From contig NC_087447.1 in assembly GCF_036321535.1 (NCBI RefSeq), positions 44,766,001 through 44,830,000 of the forward strand: a DNA stretch of 64,000 bases, in the 5' to 3' direction. Below, one piece after another: positions 36,601 through 47,400 of this stretch; within the stretch, counting starts at the first letter, position 1; every line of letters begins with the position of its first letter. The stretch is from Camelus dromedarius. Lineage: Eukaryota. Under the pieces are notes generated by a model. That model had not been told where the DNA came from. It saw only the letters and a list, made by a program, of their open reading frames with translations, and did no database searches. Made by a program: the position numbers and the translations under genes.

Positions 36601-37813
36601 AACCTGTAATAATCATTCCTGATATTCTGTAGTTGATGATGCAGCATCTTGAAATTAAGAACAAATTAACCACCAAAGTTGCTTACATCTCCCTATGTGG
36701 TCTGACTTTCACAGGTGCTTGAAAATCATATTATGAACCCTTCAAACACAAGTCCCCAAACTGTGTCTTGCTTCCTATCTGATAGGGGATGTCTCCACCT
36801 AAAAACTTCCCACCACTGTAGTAATACAGGCTTTCTGCCCATGTTTTCTTCTTGCTCCTTCTGCCTCCTACCCAGCCCTGGTGCTTCCCCATGTAGCCCT
36901 GCATGGCACAGTGTACCCCCACCCCTTGCTAAGGACTAGGAGTAATAAATTCTTTCAACAGCATTGATCTCTGTGTCATCAGTCAGTCAGTATAATACAT
37001 TTATCAGTTTAATATTGATAAATTAAATTCCAGGCACATTTAAAAATACCACCCAAAGACTGGCCAAGCCCTGGAAGAGCTAAAGTTGTGGCAAGAGTGA
37101 ATCTGATTCAGAGATGACACCTGACTCTGCCCCACAGACCCCATAACACCTCTTCTGACCCAAACCTGCAGCCTTTCTAAGTATGCCAGAGTTACTATAA
37201 AACTCCCCAAACACACATCTCCAGTTGTCCCCTGTCATGGTATTCCACTTTACCTAGTCTCTATTCTCCACATGTTATATTTTGGAATACTGTGTAGAGG
37301 AGAGCTGGATTTCTGCCAGGACCAAGGCCAGCTCCGACAACCAGCTTGGTAGGACAGGGCCAGGTGAACAGTCCTGGGAACTAATCTCCCTTTGGAATCA
37401 GTCCTGCATGCAAGGTTGCCCTGGCCCCACCCTCCAGGGCTGAACCAAAGGAAGGAAAAAGGAGCAGAGGTATTTACTCTGGCTTACTAAGCTAGATCAA
37501 ACCCCTCAGAGCTCACAAGGCTGAGGACACAAACTCTGCTGTGAGAAGCAATGGTCAGTGTGTGTTTGTGAATATGTCTATGAAAGCATGTGCATACTTA
37601 CAGCGGTGCGATGCTTAAGCCTGTTTTACCTTGACTCAGTACTGCTTCTTGATTTATCAGATACTCCCACTTCTTTGAATCCAACCCACCAGCTACTACA
37701 CAGCCTGTGCCCCTTACCCCTGTAACCCAGGATTCAGACAGAATTCATCCTGGCCCACATCCGCTTTGCTTTTTCTCATCAGACCCGTGAATGTTTAGTG
37801 AGGAAGCAAATAC

Positions 37814-37819
37814 TTTATT
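37814..37819 (-). terminator. CNGA4: CNGA4 polyadenylation signal AATAAA
   Basis: tttatt on plus strand, about 500 nt after the stop codon. Confidence 0.7.
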
Positions 37820-38322
37820 GACGTGCAACTTGCAGGGTACTCTGGTGAACTGCCCACATAGGGGAGCATTTAAAAGATATCTTGAAACAAGGTATCTTGT
37901 TTACAAGGGGGTGCAAACCCGTGGAAGGCATCTGTGTGTACTGGTGTGTGACTCTGAGTATATGTGTGTTTATGAGATGCATGACTTGACTGTGTACATC
38001 GTCTGTGGATATAAAACATATTTATGTAAGAAAGTATGTGTGCTCTGTGAAGGGGAACTCCAGAGCATTTTATATGGACTGCAAAGTCTTGGCGACAGTG
38101 TGTATATGCACAACTGAGTGTGTGTGAGTGAGTGTGCGCTGTGCATGGTAGATGAATGTGTGCTATGCTCCTGCATCCCTAGGTGGTGCATCTACAGACC
38201 CAGTCCACTTCCATCTCTGTAACCTAGCAGACAGGATGGCAGAGTTTCTGCAGGCCGGCTTTCCTACACCTCGGGATTCCCTTGGTGTTGGGGGGGTGGT
38301 GGTCCTGGGGATAGGCATGGAG

Positions 38323-38783
38323 TCACTCTGGGCCTGGGAATCCCTCCCAGCCTGCTGTACCCTCTCCATCCTTGGATGTTCCCTCCCCAGGCTCGCCCTC
38401 ATCATCGGCCTCGGCCAGTTCCTCAGGCACTGGCCACTCCCGAGTCTGCCACTCCAGCCGTTCGATGCGATAAGCAATCTTGAGCGCGCTAGACTCCAGC
38501 TCAGCCAGGAGGCGTGCAAACTTGGTCTGTAGATCATCGAGTTGCTGGTCAAGACCTCGCAGCCGGGCCTCCGTGGCCTCCTGTAGGGCGATCTCAGCTG
38601 CCTCGGCATTTACGTCCAACTTGTTCATTTTGAGCAAGATCTCGCGGCCTTTTTCCTCCATGACGGCCTGGGCCTGTGGATACTCGCTCAGCACTTCCCG
38701 CAGGTCCTCCTTGCTCAGACAAAACAGGTCCGAGTAACCTAGACTCTTGATGTTGGCTGTGCGGCGGTTCCCAGACATGTTCC
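38323..38783 (-). CDS. CNGA4: Cyclic nucleotide-gated channel alpha 4, exon 6 (end of CNBD, leucine zipper, stop)
   Basis: [28 protein letters not shown]...[19 protein letters not shown]...PGPE*. Confidence 0.97.
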
Positions 38784-40463
38784 CTGTGGCCCAAGGGCAG
38801 ACACAAGGGAGGACAGTGAGTGGGGGGGGGCGTGGGGGTGTGCGGGGACATTTCACTCCTGAACGAGGGCCCCCGCCTCCATATTTGTGCTTCTGAACCT
38901 CTCTTTTTGCCTCATTAACTGTTTCATTTAGTAAAGCACTGGGTGGGGACTAGGCCCTGGGCTGAGTGGGTATCAGTGGCCTGCTTCCAAAAATTCACAG
39001 TCTAGAGGAGACAGACATTTAATCGGATAGTTACATAACAGGATGGCTGATACAGTGTAGACGTGCATCTGGTATTGTGGGAAGTCAGGCAAAGAACCCC
39101 TAACAAGCTGTAAGGCAGAGAATTTAAGGAAGCCTGAGGAACTGATGCCTGGATTGAGTAGGAGGTAATGAGGGGAAGAGGGGGAGGAGTGGGGGAGGGC
39201 AGCTAGGCAGAGGGAAGAACATGAGCAGAGGGATGGAGGCAGAAAACAGTTAGATGGATACAGAAAACAGGAGGCAGTCCAGAGCGGCTGAAGTGAAGGC
39301 TGTGAGGAGAGTGGGAAGAGATGGAGACAGCCCAGGTCACACCGGGTCTTGTGGCCACGGCAGGGAGTTCAGATCTTATGGGGAGGACAGTGAGAAACCA
39401 TTGAAATATTTTAAGCAGGGGAACTGTATGGTATTATTGGTATTTTAGAAAGATGTTGGTGGCTCGTGGGTGGGAAGATAGGTTTGTCTGTATCCTGCAG
39501 TCTCAGAGCTAGGAGGACCTTAGAAGGTGCCAGGGAGCTGCTGTTTGCTGAACACTTGCTGGGTGTGCCAGGCCCTGCGCTGTGTGCCTTGCCCAGAAAA
39601 CTCATTTAATCCTCACAAATGGGTTTTAAATATCATCCTTATTGGGTAGGTGAGAAAACTGAGGCATAAGAAGGGAGTGACTTGTCCAAAGTCAAGTAGA
39701 CAGTGGCCGACTGCCTGCAAGATGTGGAGCTTGAGGGTTGAGGGGGTCCTTGGAGGACAGATGTGAGACCTTTAGGGCAAGTGGAGAGTGAGATCCCCAG
39801 ACCGAGAGCACATCTCGCCTCAGTCAGGAGAGCGCGCTCAGCCCCATCTCCTGAGGCCTTGGTGTCTTTACCAGTAATTAAGTAGAACAACTCTGACGGC
39901 AGAGGCTGATCGGAGGAATACATGAGCCAGCGGACAGTCCCTGGCCTGGAATGGACTTGATGGAGTAGATAGGAATTCTTTTCTATTTTCCTTCTACCTT
40001 CCTTTCCATTTGGCTGTGAGAATGTTATTCCTTTTATTGATTCCGAGTGTGTATACTTATTACTTGTGTGACTTTGGACAAGTTCCCCAAACTCTCTGTG
40101 CTCCAATTTCCTTACCTTTGAAATGGGGATAAGCACACAATAAATATTAGCTATTAGCTATTATTATTATTATTATTATCTGTCACTTTCCACTGGTCTA
40201 TTGGTGCCTTGAGTGGACACCCACAGAGCAGGTCTACCCTCTCTTCCAAGGGCCCACCCTGCTCACTGACCTTGGCTCAGCCTCTTCTCAGGGAACAGAC
40301 TCTCCATGTCCTGCTTCTCTCTTGAGCCCTCTAGTGACTCAGGCAAGGGCCAGGTATCCTTAATCTGTAGGCCCCAAAGCACCATCTGGTCCCAGTACTG
40401 GGTTCTGTTGTCCCCATTCCCCTCCCCTAATCCTGTCCCTGGAGTGAATGCTGGGGTGCTCAC

Positions 40464-40813
40464 CTTTGATGTTGATGATGCTGATCTCCCCAAAGTAGAG
40501 CCCTGCACCAAGCACGGCATATTGTGTGACACCATCATCGGCCACCACGGCCAGCTGACCCTCCCGGATGATGTACATCTCTCTGCCAACGTCCCCCTTG
40601 CGGCAGACATATTCGCCCGGTGAGTAGGTCTGGGGCTGCAGCTTCAGTACCAGCTCCTCCAGCAGGCTGGCCTCACAGTTCTGGAAGATCTGCACCCGGC
40701 TCAGAGTAGACAGGTGTACAGACACGGCCACTTCTGCCCGCAACCGCTCTGGCAAGTGCTGTAAGATGGCTACCTCGTTGGTCATCTTCTTGTTGATCTG
40801 CAGGTGCTGGTAC
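40464..40813 (-). CDS. CNGA4: CNGA4 exon 5 (C-linker, CNBD)
   Basis: [27 protein letters not shown]...[12 protein letters not shown]...[11 protein letters not shown]; canonical AG/GT. Confidence 0.97.
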
Positions 40814-41544
40814 CTGGGGGCAAGAGTAGCACCAGTTCTCCACCAGCCCCCTACTGACATGCCTCTTTCTCTGTCTTCCATCAGGGCTCACCTCAGCTTC
40901 AGTCAAGAACCCAACCACGCTGAGATCTCACAGGGGTCATGGGAATACTTGACAGTTGGATGAAAGATACCATCAGTCCACTGTCTGTTGGTCACTCATG
41001 TTTTGACCTCTTCTCCCTCACTCAGGGCCTGGAAGCCTCCACTAGCTGACAGTGAATACGATGCCCTTTAACTCCTGTCAGCTCTACCCACTTACCATTC
41101 AGAGATGTCTTGTACCATCCCACCGACGCCTACTTCAATCACCAAGCCCCACTTTCTTTAGAGGTCCTCTGCTCTAGCTTCCCATCTTGGTGACACTTCC
41201 TTCTGTTCAGCCTACAGTATGGACTCCATGACGTACTCGGCCCTTTTGTTGGCCATCCCCTGAGGAGTATTGCTCTTCTCTCTTACCCCTTCCCTGGTTT
41301 CTGGGTTATCCTTTCTTGCCTACAAGTTTCCTCCCTGTCAGGCTCTTACCCACCCACTCCTCCTAAGTCCTTATCCGATTAGTGGAGAATATCTTTCTCC
41401 AGGCCCCACCCAGTGGACCTCCCAATGAACGCCACATCCTGATGGCCCTGCCCGGCCCACCAGGCAGTGAGAACCCAGCCACCTTCCTCAGATTCTACCC
41501 AGGACATCTCTCTCTGTCCTGGTCTGGAAGCCCGGCATCCTCAC

Positions 41545-42190
41545 CAGTCAATGACTCGCCGCTCCAGCCGGCGGTTGACGCGGTGCAGCTTCATGTATTT
41601 CTTCACCAGGGCGTGGTCTGGGTAGAAGGCCGCGTCTGCAGTGTTCATGTTGTAGATGACGGAGCTCATGCTGCCCATGATGGTGGCGAACCCCATGACG
41701 GCCAGCAGGAAGTCGCCCACCATGAAGAGGCACTCCTCCTCCCGGGCTGGCGGCGGCGTGTCGCCCACGGTGGTCAGGATCAGCGTGGAGAAGTAGAAGC
41801 TGTAGAGGTACTGGCGCAGCAAGCGCTCGAAGCCGGGCCGCGCGGGGTCGGGGTACACCCACACGTCACGCCCGAGGCCCAGGTAGCGGGACAGGGCGAA
41901 GTACAGGCAGCTGTTCCAGTGGATGACGACGAAGATGTAAAGCATCAACTTGGCGATGCGGAAGGCGTTCGGGTAAGCTGTGCGGGTCTCCGTGCGGTCA
42001 AAGGCCTCGAAGAGGCGGGGCGCCCGCAGAAAGCGGTTCAGCCTCAGCGTGGGTGTGTGCGGACCCAGACTCGCGTAGGCCGCGTCGGTGGGCAACAGGG
42101 ACGCCAGGTCCAAGACGAAGCTCCAGGTGCGGACGTAGCGACTCGCGATCCTACCCTTGTCCTCCACCAGGATGCCCTGCTCCAAAAATC
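41545..42190 (-). CDS. CNGA4: CNGA4 exon 4 (S3-S6 and pore)
   Basis: GFLEQGILV...LRLNRFLR...[16 protein letters not shown]...; 646 nt. Confidence 0.97.
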
Positions 42191-42469
42191 CTGATGGGGG
42201 ACGGGGGTCAGGTATGGGGCGCAGACAGGGCAGCTATCTGCTCCAGGAATGAGGGTGAGGGTGGGCGTGACAGGGTCGAGGACAGGGAGACAGTTACCCG
42301 GACAGAGTGGGAGCCAGCCTAACCGCCCTAGAGTTTCTGGGGTGAGTCTAGGGGTATTGTAAACAGAGAGGCGTGTGAAAGCACTATCAGGGAGGGGTCA
42401 CTTTGCTACCAAGAGGCTCTCTTCGGGAAGGGAACGTTGAACACAGGCTGAGTCCTGGGACTCACTGAC

Positions 42470-42576
42470 CAGTGTGGAAGTGCACCACGATGTCCAGTAA
42501 GTACAGCAGGTCGCTCATATAGTCCAGCACTAACCAGGCCACCAGATAACCGTGCTGCAAGTCCGGGAAGCAGGCT
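42470..42576 (-). CDS. CNGA4: CNGA4 exon 3
   Basis: [39 protein letters not shown] in phase. Confidence 0.93.
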
Positions 42577-42772
42577 CTGCATAGCAGGGACAGGAGAGAT
42601 CGGCTTGAGGGCACCCTTTATGTGTGATGTGTTCCCCCCAAGCCTGAGCACTAAACCCTAGGCATAGGCACCGCCCCTACTCCAGCGCCGGGCAAGGGGC
42701 CGCCCCTCTCCTGGGCCTCACTCTTTAACCTTGGTCTCTGCTTAAGGCCCTTCCCACAGTGCCCAGCCAAAC

Positions 42773-42874
42773 CTGCACACGACGATGATGAGGTTATACA
42801 TTACTGGGAAGACCATCGTGTTCAGCCACCAGTAGTAGTAATCCCCTGATGGGTCCAGGACAGGCAGTGACTTC
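42773..42874 (-). CDS. CNGA4: CNGA4 exon 2
   Basis: [33 protein letters not shown]. Confidence 0.93.
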
Positions 42875-43005
42875 CTGTAGGAGGGGAAGTCGTGTTTCAT
42901 TTATTCACCTTTCAGTGTTGCGATTGTGACTGGGGGCACCAAACAGGGATCATGATCCAGCTAGTGAGGCAGGCGGATCTGACACAGGGGACCAGTATCT
43001 CTCAC

Positions 43006-43067
43006 CTCGCCTTGGACGGGGCAGGAGGGCTGGACTCTGTCGTCTTCACTTTGCTGTCCTGGCTCAT
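43006..43067 (-). CDS. CNGA4: CNGA4 first coding exon
   Basis: ACCATG; MSQDSKVKTTESSPPAPSKAR; exon total 62+102+107+646+350+461=1728 nt (575 aa). Confidence 0.93.
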
Positions 43068-43325
43068 GGTTCTGTGGCCTGGTACCTGGGTGTGAGAAAT
43101 CCAGGGCCTCTGCCTGTAGGTGGTTTCAGGAGGTGGAGGCTAGGGCTGGCCTGCCTGGAAGAAGCTGCCCTTGGTCTCCAGCTGTGAATCCTCTGTCTTT
43201 GGCTTCTGAAGCTCTTAGCAACACAGCCAGGAACAGCCGCTACTGAAGGGGTGGAGACAGTGTGGTCCCAGTGCTCCGCCCTGTCTCCTAGGGCCTGGGC
43301 TTACACCTGCCCAACTAAACATCTC

Positions 43326-43343
43326 TAATGAGGCCCCTGGAGA
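43326..43343. promoter_or_regulatory. Homeodomain (TAATGA) plus O/E-EBF-like (CCCCTGGAGA) composite site in the CNGA4 promoter
   Basis: TAATGAggCCCCTGGAGA about 260 nt upstream of the ATG of an olfactory-neuron gene. Confidence 0.6.
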
Positions 43344-44993
43344 TGGTGAGGTGCATGCCTCAGAGGTAGGGCTGGGCCTTGTTCCCCGCACTGACTCCCC
43401 ACCTTCCCTACAGCTGAGCTACATAGGGGTCCCCCGGTTAGAGGACCTGGGTGCCAGTATAGGCTCAGAAAATCATTCTGTTTTTACCTTGTGCAAGTTC
43501 CCTGCTTGAACCTCATTTTTAACCCATTTAACAACTATGTGCCGAATGGCTCATTTGTATCAGATGCTGAACTAGTCTCTGGGGACGAAGAATGCCTGTC
43601 ACATCAGACATGGGCTCTGTCTCCATTACCTGCACCCTTACCTGCTTCTTCCTTGCTGAATGAGTGTGATGGGGGCCATCCTGTGGCATTTTTGCCCTCA
43701 TTCCCTTCCTGTTACCTCTCATGCCTGATCCCACCAGTTATTGCCTGTGTCTTCTAGATCCTCAACCTCTTTCAATTTTCCCCTTTGGTGAACATGCTTA
43801 ATTAAATCTCTCCCATTCCAAAACAAACCAAAAAAATCCTAAAAATTCTCCCTTCACGTGATGTCCCTTTCATGACTATCATCTTTCTCAGTTAATAAGT
43901 CATAATCAGAACACCCACTATGTGCTAGGCCAATATTGTGCTAAGTATTGGGGATAAAAGATGAATGAAACACATTTTTTTGCCCTCCAGAGACCCACAG
44001 TCTGGTAGGGGGAAGAGTCAGGTAGATAGGTAATTACATAGCAGTGTGATGAATACTCTATTAGGTGGATATACAGAGGGTAATTGCAGTACATAGGAAG
44101 GGTCCTAACTGATTCTGGGTTCTGTAGGATGAACAGGAGTTAGGTATAGAGATGGAAGTGTGATGAGCACTACAAGCAAAGTGCACAGAGTGTGCACAGA
44201 TAAAGAAATTTCAAAAAGCATAGGGGACTGGGGGAATGTCAATTGGTTTTCCTAGAAAATCTGAGAAGCTAGTGGTGAAAGATGAGGCTGAATGGTGGAC
44301 CCAGGACAGCTCAGGGAAAGCTTTGTCAGCCATGTTCTAAAGGTAGGAAATCCTTTTTCTTTTACTGAAGTATAGTTGATTTACAGTGTTGTGTTAGTTG
44401 AAAGCTAGGCAATGGGGAACCCCATTTCTCTGAAGGCAATGGGGAACCCATGAAGTGTTTTGCCCAGTTAAGTGTTATGGCTAGATTTGTGTTTTTGGAG
44501 CATTTCTTGGAAGAAACATCTATAGTCCTCAATATTTTACTTTATTTTTTTGAAATCCTATTTTCCCATGGCTTCTATGGATACCATAATTTCTTGGCTT
44601 TCTGTTTATTTCTTCTTAGTCTCTTTCATAAGTCCCTCTACTTGTCCCTTCTGTTTTGGTGTTCTTAAGAACTCTGTCCTAGGCCTTCCTCTTTTTCCAT
44701 CCTCCCAACTCTCCCTGGCCAATCTTGGTCAACCACAGGATCCCCTTTCACATCCAGAGACTCCCCAAAACCTCTCTTTGAGCTCCAGACCTATCTATCT
44801 ATACCACTAATTGCTTGCTGGATGTCCCTGCTTGGCTATTCCACAGTCACCTTCAGCCCACTGGGTCTATAACTGGGCTCATTATCTTCTCCATTCACTC
44901 TTTCTTTTCTAATCCCTATCTCTGGCCTTTCAGCCAAAACATCTAGCCCTAGTATTTATTAATATTACTATCACTATTATTATTGTGTAACAT

Positions 44994-45519
44994 TGTGGCA
45001 GTTTTAAAAAATGGTCATGAATTCTTTGATGATCTTCCCTTGTGACTGTTTCAGCCAATAGGATATAGCAAGAGTGATGTTGTGTGACTTCTCAAGCTAG
45101 ATCATAAAAGGCCATGCAGCTTCCTTCCGGTTTTCCCAGAATGTTCATTGTCTGGAAGCTCCCTCTCAGCATGCTCCCTCTTTGAACCTAGCTGCCATGT
45201 TGTGAGAAGCCCAAGCCACAGGAGCAGTCACATGTCTTTATTTGACAGTCCAGTGGAGCTCAGCCTTTAAGTTGTCCCAGCTCAGGCATCAGACATGTGA
45301 GAGAAGAAGCCTCCAGATGATTGCAGTCACCAGCCTCAATTCACCCCCAGGCATTTGACCACTCTAGATGAGGTAGGTCCCAGATACATGGAACAGAGAC
45401 AAGCCAGTCCTTCTGTGTCTTGTTTAAATTCCCAGAATCTGTGAGCATGATAAAATAGCTGTTGTTTTACACTACTAAGTTTGGGATGATTTATTACACA
45501 GCATAGTAACCAGAGACAC
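44994..45519 (+). mobile_element. MLT1F/G-like MaLR LTR
   Basis: tgtggcagttttaaaaaatggtc...ttgttttacactactaagtttggg...gtaaccagagaca. Confidence 0.7.
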
Positions 45520-46579
45520 ATATAGAAAAGTACACATTTCCTAAGTACACAGCTTGATGAATTTTACCAAGTGAGCACACCCATGTAATGAGCACTCACA
45601 TCAAGAGCCCCACTCTGCCCAGTTCCAGTCAGTGCTTTTCCAAGGGCAATCACTATCCTGACCCCTAATCCCATAGTAGTGCTTTGCCTGTGTTTGAATT
45701 TATATAAACTAAGCATCGGTTTTTAATCCTTCCTCTTATTTTCCTTTCATTTTTATCCAGGCATCAAGCCCTGGTGATCTAATAATCACATGTCCATTTC
45801 TCTATGTCTTTACTATTCTTATTTGGGCCTTAGCTGTCTGATCATAAAATTCTTTATCGTTTTCTATAATCCCAAGGATAAAAATCTAAGCTCCTTAACA
45901 TGGCCTACAAAGCTCCCTGGTATCTAACCTCTATCTGTGTGTTCAGCCTCATCTCACAGCATTTCCTTTGCATATTCCCTAGGCTTCAGACAAGCTGTAC
46001 TGATTGTACTTTCCAGAGCACCTCCCACACATTGTCCATTCTTCCTTGCCTTGTTATGTGCTGATCCTTTGGGTTGAAACTTTCATTTCTTTTTCTTTTT
46101 AAATACTTTTTATTTTGAACTAATTTTAGGCTTACAGGAAAGTTGCAAAAATAGTATAGAAAGTTCTTGTAAACTCCTTATCCATGTTACCGCTGTTCCC
46201 CTGTCATCATCTTCTATAACTAGAGAACAGTGATCAACACCAGGGAATTAACATTTGATACAATGCTTGCAACTAAATGACAGACCATATCTGAAACTTC
46301 CATTTCTCAGTCTTTTCGCTTGCTTGTTTCTCAAGACTGCTCAGACTTCTCCTGGAAGGCTTCCCTATTCCCCTTGGCCCTTCTTTCCCCTCATTCCCTA
46401 AACACACAAAACGTGCCAAGTGCTGCTCTTCATGGCAGTTCCACGTTGCAGTTGTTTGGCTATGAGGGCTGAGGTCCTGGAGGGCAGAGATTGGCTCTAA
46501 TTGATCTGGAGTCCTGCCTGACAAGGAAGCGCTTACTCCGTGTCCCTTGAGTGACTGAAAAAAGCAGTGCCCAAGGGAT

Positions 46580-47400
46580 CGCGGAGCAGCAGGTGCTGGG
46601 GGAGCCATCAAGGAGCGGTCATCGTCCGGGTACTATCCAAGCCATGAGCCCAGTTGGGGCAAAAAATTAACTAGACTTCTCGCTGTCTGCCCTCTTTAGG
46701 GCTCGTTTTGCCACGGGTCCCGCCCACTTGCTGGCTCCTCCCCTCAGACATACCCTCTGGTGTTAGCCCCACCCCCTCCACGCCCCCTCTCCCACTGTAA
46801 GCACCGCCAGGCCCCTTGGCCCCGCCCCTACCACGTTAGCCTCTCTTCGGCCCCATTTCTCTCCTACGCTCCGCCCTCTGGTCTTTCCCTGACTCTTTAA
46901 GGCGCGTCGCTCTTTAGGTCCCGCCTTCTGCCCTCTGGTTCGACCTTTCCTCCTCAGGCTCCGCCCCCTGCCCGCGGGCCTCCACCTCCCCAGAGGTCTT
47001 CCCCTATGACACGCCGGAGTCCTTCAGGAGGGCGGGGTTTGCAGTGCGAGGGGGTGGAACCTGGGGGAAGAGGCGGTACTCCTTGCTCGGAATGCTGTCG
47101 GCGACCCCTCCCCTGCGCTCGGCCGTTGCCAGGAGACAGGCATCGACGCTCGGGCTTTGGCCCGGCCCAGCCAATGAGCTGGCACGCCACTGCCCAGCGG
47201 TGCGTCGCTGGGCGGTTACGTGTGGTGCGCGGGGGCGCGGGTTGCGTGTGGCGCGGGGCGGGGCGCGGCTGGTGCGCCTGAGGAGCGATGGCGGCGGCCT
47301 GAACTCACCTAGCACCGCGGTGGCGATCGGGCCTGGTCAGGGTCGGGGTTCTGTGAGTGAACAGTAGGTACGGGCCGGAGGGTCCGGAGAGGCACATGAG
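46580..47400 (+). promoter_or_regulatory. FHIP1B: FHIP1B CpG-island promoter and probable non-coding exon 1
   Basis: CpG-dense; CCAAT at about 47171, GC boxes 47255-47265; candidate donors near 47336-47370; head-to-head with CNGA4. Confidence 0.75.

Noticed and set aside
35640..36700. Non-repetitive-looking intergenic stretch with short ORFs
   Set aside because: No protein family or repeat recognised; cannot support a call without a search
27000..37800. Class I OR long-range enhancer (J element) between CNGA4 and CCKBR
   Set aside because: No convincing clustered homeodomain-O/E block seen, and I cannot support that location
41382..42194. 270-aa plus-strand ORF
   Set aside because: Antisense shadow of GC3-rich CNGA4 exon 4
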